Below, piece by piece: positions 22,381 to 37,062 of a stretch of DNA of 64,000 nt. Location of the stretch: assembly GCA_951406725.2 (NCBI GenBank), contig OX597814.1:24924001-24988000 (forward strand). Reading direction: 5' to 3'. Under the pieces are notes generated by a model that saw only the letters and a program-made list of their open reading frames with translations, was not told where the DNA came from and ran no database searches. Positions within the stretch are counted from its first letter, which is position 1. Each line of letters begins with the position of its first letter. The position numbers were made by a program, and so were the translations under genes. The DNA comes from Octopus vulgaris. Taxonomy: Eukaryota.

Positions 22381-23947
22381 CCAGAACTACTAACTCTCTA
22401 CAAAAGCTCATTTGGGCCTCACAATAGAGCACTATTCTCATACCTGGGAGGATATTACTGCAGCACACATAGATAATTTAGGCTTCATTCATAGAAAGAC
22501 CTTGACTAATTAAATCAAGACATTCACAAATACATAGCATTCTAAGACAATGATGCTAACCAATACAAAATGCTATTTAAACTATTAAAGTACATAGGAA
22601 CCTCAGAATAGTGAAACATATTTTAAAGAGAAGTGTGTAGAACTATTTGGTGATATGTATGATGACATAAAAGAAATGATGAAAAGAAAACCCCATCGAG
22701 ATGTTATTTGTATTCAGATAAATTTTAAGTTAAATTCTTCACCTGTTAGTATCAATGACTGCAATAAAATCAGAGTATCTTAAAGCCTTCTCAATGCTTC
22801 TGCCCAAAATTATTCCAGAAAGTAACCGTTATTAGTCTATTCTTTTAGTGTCGATAAAGATGCTGAATATTTCGATGTTTGGCTTTTGTTTTATTGGTTT
22901 AGTTTGGGGGAAGGGTAATAACTGTGACTCTTTACAGAACGTCTGAGACTAGTGGATGTAAGAGTAGCAATTATCCTGAGACAGATGTCATCCAAAAGCA
23001 TGTTGCATGAGTGGACCAGATTTGTGGTTTAAACTGGGTGATGGATTAAGTCTAACACCCACTGGTAATGAGTTCAAAACTCCCCTGATCTGTGTCATTG
23101 ATTAAAACATATTAAGGGACAGTAAGCAAATGTCATTCTTATTTCATGATGTAATACTTTTATAGGTATAATTCAGTAAAATACTGGCTTTAAGAACCAG
23201 CAAACGTTTGACAATTTTCAGATTTATATGGTGTAAAGCATTTTTTCACCAGTACCTTTCAGCACTTAGTTATTTTACGAGCCACATTATATTTTCATGA
23301 ATACTTGTTTCCAAATATTGTTTTCAAATGTCTAGGAACAAATGTTTATCAGTTCAAAATGGAACATCATAAATACTTATTATGTGTAAACCACTGTGAG
23401 CTAAGTCACAAATCAACCCTGCTGGTTTTCTTCTCCTGAGGTTGTTAATTTTAGTTTCTGCTTTTAGCAATACATCAGGTAACAGTTTAAACAGAGTCCA
23501 ATGTACGATGTATACACACTAAAAGCAATGGTTTAAGTTCTTATAATGATATATTAGCTACAGATAGTATCTTTGCTTAAAGTTGTTTCTGTTTGCTACC
23601 ATTCCATAGTTGTCAAATGATATCTGTACAAGTCTGAGTAGGAATCCATTTCACCTGAGTTTTTTTAATGCAAATTTCTCAACTTCCCTAAATGCATCAT
23701 TTTCCTCTTGACCTTCCATTATTTCTGTTGACAACATGGATGAAATGTGTAAATCTTGGTCTACAGTAATTTCCATTTTGTACTGATAAACATTTGTTCT
23801 TAAATAATTGAAAATGCTGAGCCTTATAAAGGAAATGACAAAGGACTGATATATATATATGTATATATGGTGCATTGGTGTACTTAAGAAAACCAGCTTA
23901 CCACAAGAGAATTGATATACTAAAACCAAGATGCTTCATAAAAATCC

Positions 23948-24172
23948 CTGGTGTTGGTGACGTAAAAAGCACCCAGTACACACTGTAAAGTGGTTGGCAT
24001 TAGGAAGGTCTTCCAGCTGTAGAAACCAAGTCAAAACAGATTAAGGAACCGGGTGTGGGCCTTGACCTTGCCAGTCCTTGTCAAATGATACAACCCATGC
24101 TAAGATGAAAAATGGTGGCTAAATGATGATGATGATGATGGTGATAGTGATGATAATGATGATAATGATGAC
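23948..24172 (+). mobile_element. RTE-type 3' tail copy
   Basis: taaaaagcacc...gtggttggcattaggaagg...caacccatgc followed by GAT repeats. Confidence 0.75.
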
Positions 24173-24982
24173 AATCCTGATTTGAATGTTTCACTTTCAT
24201 GAGTCTCTACTCCAAATTTTTTTCATTGATACTGCCACTCATGTCCTCCTCAAACAATTCTTTGCTACAAAAGAAAAATCATCAATATAGTTCTTGAGAA
24301 TACCACATGAATTCCTTTTTTGCATCATTCTAGATAAATAAAATAATGTTATAAATGTTTGTATACTTCTCAACTTAGTAAACCACTTGAGTGACTTTCT
24401 TGCACCAAGATGAAAATCACCATTTAGTGCATAAATACACTCCTCATACTCTTCCCATACAATTTTGGACATACATTAGAATACAGCTTAAGGAACATCA
24501 CTCTCTTCAGTATATTATTGTGTAAAAATTCTGAGATGAAATCAAGAGCCAGCACTGAATAGTCCCTAACTAATGCAATTAACAGTTAACATCTCATTCA
24601 GCTGACAGATTTTCAACTGGCATTACACCCTCACAGGAAGAAATATCTTCAAAATCCTCTTGATGGCATTATTCAGGAATGTATATGGGAAATTACTACA
24701 GTATATAGCCAACTTTCCATTTCCCTCACAAATGTTTACAGTATTTAGCATAAAAAAGTTTCAATACCTTCCAGCAAAATAATTTTGAATTTTGACATTT
24801 ACGGGAAAATTCATAATGAGCAAAGAAATGTTATTATTATTGGTGTCTGAGGTCTTCTGAAAGGAAAGAATTTCTTCATAGTCTCATCCATGAAGGTAAA
24901 TTTTATCAGGTTTATTTGATATATGCTTGAGACCAGTCTCCTTACCAATGTCTGCAAGTGCTAAGTTCTATATATATATCAA

Positions 24983-25376
24983 CTAGCAGTATCGCCCGGC
25001 GTTGCTCGGGTTTGTAAGGGAAATAACTATATAAGCATTTTTAGAGAGTTATAGCCAAAAATAGCAAAAAAATGCATTAAAAATGGAAAAGAAATTATGG
25101 TCAATTTTTTTTTAAATCGTTGACTCATCGTAGACATTTTTAGAGAGTTACTTCCCTTATATAATAGCGAAAAAATGCATTAAAATGGAAAAAATGATGG
25201 TAAATTTTTTTTTAAATCGTAGACTTATCGTAGACGCGCTAATACCCAGAAGGGCTCGATATGAATCACGACTATAAGATACCCGGTTTGGTTAAACTGC
25301 ACCGCAAAATGTGGGAGTAGTTAGGAATCTAAATCGTAAGAAACAGACACACAACTTTGACTTTTATATATAAAGA
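24983..25376 (-). mobile_element. Complete non-autonomous Helitron
   Basis: Minus strand reads A|TC...CCCGAGCAACGCCGGG (hairpin)...CTAG|T, matching canonical Helitron ends and the A-T insertion site, with no TSD. Confidence 0.85.
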
Positions 25377-25909
25377 TGTATGTTAAGAACTAATGATACA
25401 AACATGGACATGGCTTAATTTTAGGCAGATCAGTATAAAGCCCAAATATCTAAATCTTGTGACTATTCCATATATGGCATCATTGTTAGACAGAGTCGGC
25501 AGCTGCTGCCTAAATTTAATCATGGAATCCAAATTGCACAACAACAGGCTGGATGAGTAAGGATATTATCCATTATGCTTGAATGAAGGCTACTTCTACC
25601 TCTGTGTAAAGATTTACTGGTCTGAAATCTCTCAGCACTTAGTCATTGTAAAACATCCACAATAGTTTCAGTTTGAAAAAATATATGATATAAAATAAAA
25701 TGAAATAAGAGATAAGAACTAAATGATGCTGAATTTTAATGTATCAATCCCACTTAAAAGAAAAATATATTTTTAAAAAATTGTAGCTATTTATTATTTG
25801 TATTAATGGAATTTACTTTTGCTTTATGCTTTATATAACAAATTTCTTCCATTTTATATAATTCAGCTTTCTTTCTAGTCTGCTCTACAGAGAGACACTA
25901 TTCACTTCT

Positions 25910-26485
<576 letters not shown>

Positions 26486-27492
26486 ACATAATTCATCAAT
26501 TCTAGCTGTGTACATATGAACAGAATGTTCTGCTATGTTTCCTATGGTATCAGTGATTTTGACAAAAGAAAAAAAAGAATGCATTTTTAAAATTTGTTTT
26601 ATTTTTTTTTATTTATGCTTCAACAGTCTGCACTCACCCATACTTCTGGCTTTCTCACTTTTAACATGCCATCTTTGGATAATAAAAAAATATTAGCAAC
26701 ACACAATGTAGATTTATGTATGCACAGCTGCTGCACACTCCTCTATCTCATCTCTATAGATTCCATGAGACATGGTTGCTGAAAACAGAAGATCAGTAAA
26801 GAATTGGTTCCAGAGGCAAATATCCTATTCCAGAGGCAAGCATCATACTTTGGCAGCTAGATTTGCATGGAGGAAAATAAGGTGATCTATGGTTATTTTT
26901 ATCAAATATTGTTATTAGTAATATCATAAAGCTAACCTGAACCCTTTCTGAATAAATATGTCATCAATATAACAGTTTAGTTTGCACAATATTGGTTTCT
27001 TTGAGAAAGGAACTCTTGTGATAGGACGGAAATCTTTTGGATTCACTGTAGAATGGCTTGACAGTTTTTTTCTTTTTTCATTCCTTCCAAATTATTTCGC
27101 TAAACTGTTATTATAATCCAAATATAACATGCTAATCAAGGTGTATGTAATTGTTTGAGAGTAAATATACTGTAGATTTTAGAATCTGAATCTATGGTAG
27201 AATGGAAATCTTTAGAAGTATATTATTTTCAGTTTGCTATTCTAAGAAACAAAAGTTCAAAGAATTTTTGATAATAGTTTTAATTAAGCTGGATTCAACA
27301 AACACGATTCATGATATTTGCACTTAATGAAACTGCTTCACCAATTAGATGCTTTTACTTTGTAAATGTAGAATATTAAGCAAAACGTAATTTGTCTTTA
27401 AGATACCCATTGCTAGTTCCCTCCTAAGTAAATCTTGATATCTTCAGTTCTTGTTTGCTTGCTACCATCTAGCTGAAGACAAAATAGCAGTT

Positions 27493-27494
<2 letters not shown>

Positions 27495-27527
<33 letters not shown>

Positions 27528-27900
27528 GTTTAACGTCCATTTTCCATGCTAGCATGGGCTGGATGGTTCGACCAGGGTCTGGGAAGTCTGGAGGCTGCAC
27601 CAGGCTCCAGAATGATCTGGCAGTGTTTCTACAGCTGGATGCCCTTCCTAATGCCAACCACTCCATGAGTGTAGTGAGTGCTTTTTACGTGCCACCAGCA
27701 CAGGTGCCAGGGGAGGCTGGTAACAGCATCGATCAGATGGTGCTTTTTACGTGCCACCGGCATGGAAGCCAGTCAAGGCGGCGCTGGCATCGGCCACATT
27801 TGGATGGTGCTTTTTACATGCCACCGGCACAGGTATCACAACTACAATTTCCATTTGATTTTTTGATGTTGATGTACTTGACTCAATAGAGCTCCTCAAG
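27495..27900 (-). mobile_element. RTE 3' UTR copy
   Basis: Close match to 15127-15560. Confidence 0.85.
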
Positions 27901-28876
27901 CACAGCAGATCGCCCTATGATCCAAGGTAGGCACAGCAGGCCATCCTGCAATCCAAGGTACTTTGGATGGGCTGGGGCTTCTATGTGAAGCTGGTGCAAG
28001 AAACAGCCTTACAGCTTGTAATTTACTAAAACATTTAAGCAGTTAGTTTTCATTATTTTATCAAATAATATTTTTTTTGCCAAGTTATAGAGTTTTTTAT
28101 GTGAATGACAAGCAATGTTTATTGTAACATTTGCTTCTATATCTGATTACTAGGAAGAGATGAATTCAACATAGTTCAGCCAAGAGAAATTTGCTAAATT
28201 TACAAAGATACTATTTTCAATGGCAAGTTGTTCCTAATTTACAGTTTCTATTAACATCTAGGTGGACTGAGGTATTTTACAGTGAAGAGTACTGGTAACA
28301 TTTACAATACAGTGCTCCTGAGAGGATGTGAATTTTTGAATTCTCTGTTGATTACTTGGCACTTTATAAATTCACAGCTTAAAATTTTTCCGTAATTAAA
28401 TAATCATTAATCAAATAATTTATTTGTTAATTATGTTTTGAGTCAACAAAAAGGCAGAAACAGAATAGTATGGTTGGACACAATATGTTACATCTGCATT
28501 TGGTTTCATGAGTATTTGAACAGAGTTCTAATCTGGTTGGAGTTGATTTTATTTATTCAACTCCCTAGGATTAAAAAAAATATTCCGTATTCGTATCTGA
28601 AGAACATTTACCCAATTGTGTTTCACTCTCCAATTAATCTATGTTTTTTGCTGATGTTACAAATTATTACATGTATGTATATACACTCTTACACATATAT
28701 ATATATGTATGTATTTATGTGTAGGCACATATGTATACACATCTATACATGTATACATAATATGTCTATGCATACACATATACATATTTACTAACAAAAA
28801 GAAACAAAGAGAGAGATAGAGGCAATGATATATGAATAGGTATTCAGGTCTTTGTAATTGATTGCTATTTAGGTTG

Positions 28877-28916
<40 letters not shown>

Positions 28917-29014
28917 CATATGTGTGGTGTGTATGCGCATGTGTGTATATACCTGCTAACATATTTGTATGTGTGTGTATATTTATACACATATGTATTC
29001 CTATAGTTTTTAAA

Positions 29015-29206
29015 TATACATACATACATACATGCATACATACATACATACATACATGCATGCATACATACATACATACATACATGCATACATACATACA
29101 TACATACATGCATGCATACATACATACATACATATATACATACATACATACGTATGTATGTATGCATGCATACATACATACATACATACATACATACATA
29201 CATACA

Positions 29207-29240
<34 letters not shown>

Positions 29241-29268
29241 CATACATACATATATACATACATACATA
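29015..29268. repeat. (TACA)n microsatellite
   Basis: Visible array. Confidence 0.95.
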
Positions 29269-29626
29269 TCTAAATAATTAGTAGAGAGATGAACAAGTCC
29301 ACACTTAATTGTGCAATAACATGATTTTCATTTGTGGCAATAGATTTTCTTTTAATCAATATATTGTTCTGTAAAGAACACGAACCTGGAACATGAAGGC
29401 CCGGTCGACCATGACATTTGAAATTAATCTCCTGCAGAGTTCATGCTTATATGTAATTCTAAAATGAAATTTTACACACATATATAGACAGGTAAATGAA
29501 TATTGAAAAGATAGTGAAGGGGATAACGTATGGTGAGAAGGAGCTTATACATATAAGTCTAGATAATATAAATAGGAAGCAAACCTGTTCATATGTGTGT
29601 ATGTATATATATATATATACACATAT

Positions 29627-29678
<52 letters not shown>

Positions 29679-29706
29679 GTATGTATATATATATATACAC
29701 CTATAC

Positions 29707-29738
<32 letters not shown>

Positions 29739-30683
29739 TTAGTGAGAGATGATGGAATGAGAAAGATCAAGAAATTTGGGAAAATTTTGGAAAGATATGT
29801 GCCTAAAAGTAAAACAGAACAATAGATTAATAAGATAATAAGATAAAGAATAAGAAACAAAAACTAGCGAATTAGTTGGGTAAAAAAAAAGGAATGATAA
29901 AATGAGAAAGATTTGGAGATTTATGTAATTTTTTAAAAAATCAACACTGCAGGTAAAATATAGATATTGTGTAGGCGTCAATAAAGAGAAATACATCTTT
30001 CAATCTCTTGCAGTTTTAACTACCACTATTCAGCTATCTTTTTTTTTGGTTTAGTATTATTATAACTCCTAAATCATGACTTCATTTTGCACTGTACGTG
30101 TCATGCATTTTTAGGAGAAAGTAGACATCAGTATTTTGCCAATGAAATAATTATAAACCCCTTCAGAGAAATATAAAGTCATGAGTTTCAAGTTAGAAGT
30201 CAGTTGTCTTCTCCACTAGGACTTGCTTTCAGAGCAATAAGAAAACAAATGCATCTTTTTTTTTAACAGCTTAAGGCATTATATAGTTAAGATTGTGTAT
30301 AGCTAATATATTTAATATTGTGTATGGATAATATTTTGTATGCGTACTAAAATTGCGTATGGGTAATATATATTTAAGATTGTGTATAGCTAATATGACC
30401 TCTGCTTCACTCTAAACTAAATACAAGACTGATGTAAAGTAAAAATGTGATTGAATGTAAAAGCAAACTTCATTTTGTACATGTCTATATTCATGTGATA
30501 ATTCAGTTCTTGCAGCTCATTAATTCAAATGCTGCAATAGGATCATAAGGTAGATGAGTAGGGAATATCTGGGATATTGGAGAAGTAAAGATTTGTTATT
30601 GGTTTGATGCATTGAAAAATAATGTTGAATGGAGTGGATTTGAACCAAATTCTTCAGTATAAATTCTTCTGTACTTCACCTTT

Positions 30684-31082
30684 CTCTTTTACTTGTTTCA
30701 GTTATTTAAATGTGACCATGCTGGAGCACTGTCTTTAGTCAAGCAAATCGACCCCAGGACTTATTCTCTGTAAGTCTAGTACTTATTCTATCGGTCTCTT
30801 TTGCTGAGCTGCTAAGTCACGGGGACGTAAGCACACCAGCATCAGTTGTCAAGCGATGTTGGGGGGACAAACACGGACACACAAACATACACACACAAAT
30901 ACATATATATATATATAGACATATATATGACAGGCTTCTTTCAGCTTCTATCTACCAAATCCACTCACAAGGCTTTGGTCGGCCCGAGGCTATAGTAGAA
31001 GACACTTGCCCTACAGTGGGACTGAACCCGGAACCTAGTGGTTGGTAAGCAAGCTACTTACTCCACAGCCCTTCCTACACCT
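30684..31082 (-). mobile_element. SINE family B
   Basis: Reverse complement of 13883-14302, with a small deletion in the head. Confidence 0.9.
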
Positions 31083-31866
31083 GTCTCTTATACCCATATT
31101 ACATGGTGAAATATTATTAAGCTAACTCCAAAACTCATGTTTGTAAAATTAAGCTACTGAAAGAAATTATGTCAGCCTGACTAAAGTTCTACACTTGCAA
31201 AGGTTTGAACTCTGCATCACTACTTATTGAACTCACATCAATTATAAATCTAAAAAGAAGTATTAAAATTTGCCTCAAGCTTATAAGACCATTAGGTTAG
31301 AGCTTAACTCAGCTTCAGAGTTATTTAAGTATCTGAGATAACAAGACTCTCTGCAGAAGAGGGAAGTTGTCTGTCATAAGATCAAACCTTACCTCCAGAA
31401 ACTCTGGGAACCAATTTTCAGCTGAATAAAATTGGGGTCTCATGAAATGATGTGCTTTGTTCAACATGCACAATGTACTGCACAAGCCAATAATAGAACC
31501 CATAACCTTATAATCATTAGCCAAACAACATAACCAGTAAGCCATGTACCTTCATACTTCCATTGTAAAATTATTTAATTGCTTATAGTATGTAATGTGT
31601 CCTCCTCATTACCTATTGATTGGCCGAACCTCAGAGATTTGAGTGATTTCCTTTCAAGAACAATGCTGTTGGTAACAAGTAGACATTGATAAATGTTTTA
31701 TAAAAATTTAACAAATGGCATTTTTGTTTGTCTCTTCCTGCCCCACTTTTCTTTACAAGAATTACTCTCACTCTTGAGAGTGTAATTCTAAGATAATTAA
31801 ACATGTTTGGATCATTAGATAAATTATTTTACAACCCACATTGTACTTAATCTCTCTCTCTCTCTC

Positions 31867-31907
<41 letters not shown>

Positions 31908-32038
31908 AGTGTGTGTGTATGTGTAAACATATACACACACACATACATACATATATATATGTACATGTGTGTGTATATGTGTGCATGTCCGTGTGTTTGT
32001 ATGTGCATTATTAAGCTAACTCCAAAATTCATGTTTGT

Positions 32039-32041
<3 letters not shown>

Positions 32042-32070
<29 letters not shown>

Positions 32071-32510
32071 GTTTAACATCTGCTTTCCATGCTAGCATGG
32101 GTTGGACGATTTGACTGAGGTCTGGCGAACCAGATGGCTGCACCAGACTCCAATCTGATCTGGCAGAGTTTCTACAGTGAGATGCCCTTCCTAACGCCAA
32201 CGACTCTGAGAGTGCAGTGGGTGCTTTTACGGGCCACCAGCACGAGAGCCAGTCAGGCGGTACTGGCAGCGGCCATTTTCAAATGGTGTTTTTTATGTGC
32301 CACCTGCACAGGAGCCAGTCCAGTGGCACTGGCAACGACCTTGCTTGAATATTTTTTTACGTGCCACCAGCACAAGTGCCAGTAAGGCAACACTGGTAAC
32401 GATCATGCTCGAATGGTGCATTTTACATGCCATCAGCACGGAGGCAAGCTTGTTGCTCTGGCAACAATCACACTCATCATCATCCTTTAACGTCTGTTTA
32501 CCATGCAGGT
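32042..32510 (-). mobile_element. RTE 3' UTR copy plus a second short tail
   Basis: (CAT)n-gtttaac...catgggttggacg and repeated tttta(c/t)gtgccacc modules. Confidence 0.85.
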
Positions 32511-32704
32511 ATATGTTAGACACACTCATGTGCTTTAATGACCACTTTTCCATGCCTCCATGAATGGATATGTTTTCATGGAAGTTTTAGATATGATTGA
32601 CACTGCTTCTATGGTTACACTTGTTTACAGGTATCATGATGGCAAGATAGAGTGATACAAATCATGCCCACACCCATCCACAACGCTTACATATATACAT
32701 AAAT

Positions 32705-32925
32705 GTTCATACACATACATGCATGGACACATGCACACACACACACACACACAAACACATATATAATGGGATTCTTTCAATTTCCGTGTACCAAATTCTC
32801 TCACAAGGCTTTTGTTGGCTCAAAGCTATTGTAAAAGACATTTGCCCAAATGCCAAGGAACTGAGCTGGAAACCATATGGTTGGGACACAAACTTTTGAA
32901 TCACAGAGCCATAAATTTACCTACA
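32705..32925 (-). mobile_element. SINE family B 5' half, decayed
   Basis: ttctttca.tttccgt.taccaaat...cacaaggcttt...aagaca.ttgcccaa. Confidence 0.7.
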
Positions 32926-32929
32926 CATA

Positions 32930-33161
32930 TGTGTATATATAATGTATCATGCATGTGTGTATGTGTATGTGTGTTTGTGTGTGTGAGAGAGAGAGAGTAT
33001 GTTTGTGTTTGTAAATGTGTATATGTGTATGTGTATGTAAATGTGTATATGTGTATGTGTATGTACACATATATATATGTGTAGTCTGAACTAAAGTGTG
33101 TATGTATGTGTATATATATATATATATATTATATATATATATATGTGTGTGTGTGTGTATG

Positions 33162-33197
<36 letters not shown>

Positions 33198-33340
33198 GAT
33201 ATATATATATATGTAGATATATATATATGTAGATATATATATATATATATATACGTATATATATATATGTGTATGTATGTATATATATATATATATGTAT
33301 GTATATATACATACATGTATATATATATGTATATATACAT
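32930..33340. repeat. (TG)/(TA) microsatellite cluster
   Basis: Visible arrays. Confidence 0.9.
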
Positions 33341-34888
33341 GCTAAAGCATGACTTATACATGGTAAAAATCTGTCTTACAGAACTGCTCCTTATCAGTAA
33401 TGATATTGTTAAAAGCAATAGTGTTCAGTTATTAAAAACGTTGAGTCTTCTACTTTAACTAAGCTTCCTTTATTACATTAGACATAGCAAAACAATAACT
33501 AAAAGAAATAAATGAATAGGATGAAAGCATTTGAATGAGAGCATTTCTAGAATTTCTTAGTATGTGCATCATGTGGTAACTTGTTACTTGCAAAGATTTC
33601 CGTTTACTCATATATAGTTAATAAAGGTACTGCCTGAGGAAATATCTATTTGTGAGTTAAAATGAGATAAATTCCTCCCACATTTCTTCAATATCCGTAA
33701 TTGATGAAGCAATAAAAAAAATCACTGGGCTTGCAACAGGCCTGAAGCTACCTGATATGCTTATACTAGAGATATAACTACAACAACAACAACGACAATA
33801 ACAACAAATTTTTTAAGAATTTTACTTGAATAAATCAAAAACCCTATAAAATAAAATTAATGAGAACATGCGAAAATTCTCTGTCAAAGGAATTGGAATT
33901 CTTTTTTGCTTAATTCTGTTTATTCTTAATGAGGACAGAATTCAATTAGTTAAAAAACTCTTCTTTCTTTTGTTCCTTTGAAGCAATTATTACTGCATAA
34001 TATTCTTTTGTCCGTTAACAACAATTCCTGTTCAAATATCTTTCTCATAAATGCTCAATTTCTCTTCTCAGATAAAGAACAAAATGTATGTTTTTAAATA
34101 TAGGAATCTCAATTTCAATTGATAAGTTTACATTTCTGATATCAATTTTGCATTTTCCTTCTAAGATGTCATAATACCCTTTGCTAACTTCGACTTATAA
34201 CCAAAACTTCTTGGAGGTAAATGTCTTGAAAGCATAAGAGCCAGATAAGAATGGATGGAAAATGTTCAGGGCAATATTACCTTTGCTGGTAGTGAAGGAA
34301 TTCTCTCACTCAGTGAAGGTTTGATTGTATGATACTTGCATGCAAAAAGCAGTTTTCAATGGTATCACGGCATGGTCAGTAGATGCAAAATGAGAAAAGG
34401 TGCGAAGATACAAGTGAGCTTCTTGTTAATTTGTTTCACCCAAAATAATTCACATTTCCATACTCTCCCAATCACAAGCACAAAACAGTTTTACACAAGC
34501 AGGATTTGAATGCAAAATGTATGGTAACATAAATACTTACTTGGTACTTTTATCCAGCTGTCTTCCGTACACTTTACACACCCATACCAGAAGTCATTTC
34601 ACTTTTCCACTACATATAATTGTTATTATATCAAGATTTGCTTTCAACTCATATCTTCTCTTACATTATGTAGTGTATTCTTCACCAAAGAAAGACTTAG
34701 TATTCACGACTAAAAGCCAAGGTTATGTCATCTCATTAAAATAAATTAAATGGATTACTAACCTGAGTAAGAGTATTATTATTATTATTATTATTGTGCT
34801 AGTGCATGTTAATTTAGTTAGCAGGTATTTAATTCAACCATCATGCCAGCATGAACAATGGACGCTAAATGATTATTATTATTATTAT

Positions 34889-34969
<81 letters not shown>

Positions 34970-35021
34970 TATTATTATTATTATTATTATCATTATTATT
35001 AATATTATTATTATTATTATT

Positions 35022-35872
35022 ATGAAAGACTCTCGGATAGTTCTTAATATTCAGTCGTTCCTTACTTGAAAGCAGGCAATCACCAAAGGTTTCAAGTAGT
35101 ACCATGTCCTGTGACTCAAAGAGACAATACTCTCTTTAGAATGTGAGCTGTACCCAACAATGCTGTCTTCTGGATCACCTTGAGCCTGAGAGCAGCTCCA
35201 ATGTTTTTAATATGTTTTTCATGGCTCTTGAAAACTGCTCCCAGTGCCCCAATTACCACCAGTATCACCATTAATTTTCTCATGCCCCATAACTTTCCTA
35301 TCTCATCCTGCAGCAGCTGGTATTTCTCACTTTTCTGTTTCCTTACATTTCACTTTTGGATCGTCTGGTATTGCAACATCTATTATCTTTACTTCATTTT
35401 CATCTTTATGAATGATCATGATATCTGGCCACCTCACCTCTTTCACTAAGTGGCACTGTATGTTAAAATCTCAGAGTATTTTGTTATGTTAAATTTCCAT
35501 TATTCCCTCTGGCTTCTGTTCATATTGTTCAGCTCTCTTGAGGTTTGCTTTACTGCACAAAAACCAGTGGACATATCTGGTCACATTGTTGTGTCTCCTT
35601 TTGTATTCTTGTTGTGCGAGCTTACAGCACTCACTAACAATATAGCTTATACTTTCTCCCTTCCCAGAGTACATCCTACACTGTGGCTAGGCAGCGCTTT
35701 TATCAATGTGATATTTTGAGTAGTTTGTTCCGAGAGCTTGTTTTTGAGCACTGCACACTAATGTCTCAGTGGGCCCTGTTCCAATCAATCTCATCTTTAT
35801 TCTTCAAGCACTGAATGTGCATTTTCTTGTCCTGCCAAATTTTCTTCATCTGCTCTCTCTGGTCTTTCTTAA
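35022..35872 (-). mobile_element. R4/Dong 3' fragment (knuckle, RLE, UTR, TAA tail)
   Basis: WQDKKMH, SAQKQALGTNY, CRM...ESISYIVSECCKLAQQEYKRRHNNV, VVIGALG and QKTALLGTAHILKRVLSL*. Confidence 0.85.
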
Positions 35873-35873
35873 A

Positions 35874-36322
35874 TTGCAGAAGGATGGAAAAGTAATGATA
35901 CTCTGGGGCTATGATTTTCAGACGGATCGTGTAATCAAACACCATCAGCTGGATTTTGTCATATTGAATAAGAGAGACAAATACTGTTAATAATAATAAT
36001 AATAATAATAATATTGTGAGTAAAGAGGTTGAAAAAGTCACCAAATACTCCGAATTGAAAGTGGAAATGACAAGACTGAATGGAATGTGAGAGGGTAATA
36101 TAAAAGTGCTACCAGTGGTGATTGGAGCACTGGGCTCAGTCCCACTGAAACTTCAAAATTTCTTAAGGCAACTGGAAATCCCATGCAAGATTGATGTCTT
36201 ACAAAAAGTAGCCTTATTGGGCACAGCGCACATCTTAAGGAAAGTATTATCTGTCTGAGGTCCTTGTTGTGACTTGACAGATGACTAAAGACTGGTGCAT
36301 TTTTACCTACAGTGTTACGAAG

Positions 36323-36380
<58 letters not shown>
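35874..36380 (+). mobile_element. R4/Dong 3' fragment of another family, with (AAT)n tail
   Basis: ILWGYDFQTDRVIKHHQLDFV, KEVEKVTKYSEL, VVIGALG and QKVALLGTAHILRKVLSV*. Confidence 0.85.
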
Positions 36381-36381
<1 letters not shown>

Positions 36382-36750
36382 TGAGAATGACCTACGACCA
36401 GGAGTGTAGATGTAAGAGCAGAGGAATGAAGTATCAATTACTAATCGATAAGTCTATCCTAGCTGACTGCAAGAAGAGGCCCAAAAATTTGGCAATAGTA
36501 TAGGTGGACTACAAGAAAACATATGGCATTGTCCCACACTGATGGATTATTGAATGCCTTAAACTGTTTAAGGTCTCTCACAATGTCCTGAAGTTAATAC
36601 AAAACTCTATGACAACGTGGCAAACTGAACTCACTGCATGGGGAGATAAGCAGGGAGAGGTAAATATCAAGAGGAATTTTTCAAGGGAACAGATTGTCGC
36701 CTCACCTATTTGTTGTCTGCATACTGCCACTAACCAGTGTCTTATAAATA
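36381..36750 (+). mobile_element. R4/Dong RT internal fragment
   Basis: CRCKSRGMKYQLLIDK, VDYKKTYGIVPH*WIIECL and a GIFQG..LSP.LF relic. Confidence 0.8.
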
Positions 36751-37062
36751 ATCATAAAAATATGATACCACAGAGAACACTATCATTCATATGATTAGTT
36801 CTAAGCCAAACTTATCTGATGATATCCATTAATATGAACAGTTGGTGTTGTAAATACTACCAAGCCATATGACCAATTATCTAACTCATCAGGTCACAAA
36901 CCATATGACCATTTAAATGGTGCACAACACACTTAAATGCTCTAAAACACATTTCCCACACTAAGAGCTACAAGCCTCATCCCACAAAATAGTAGTGAAC
37001 ACTCCCCCTCCACACTTTTTTATGGGAATGCACAATAAATAATTCATTCTTTCTTCATTCAG

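Noticed and set aside
33960-34290. Penelope endonuclease relic (minus, FCSL...ELLLTDKR)
   Set aside because: Too degenerate to support by eye.
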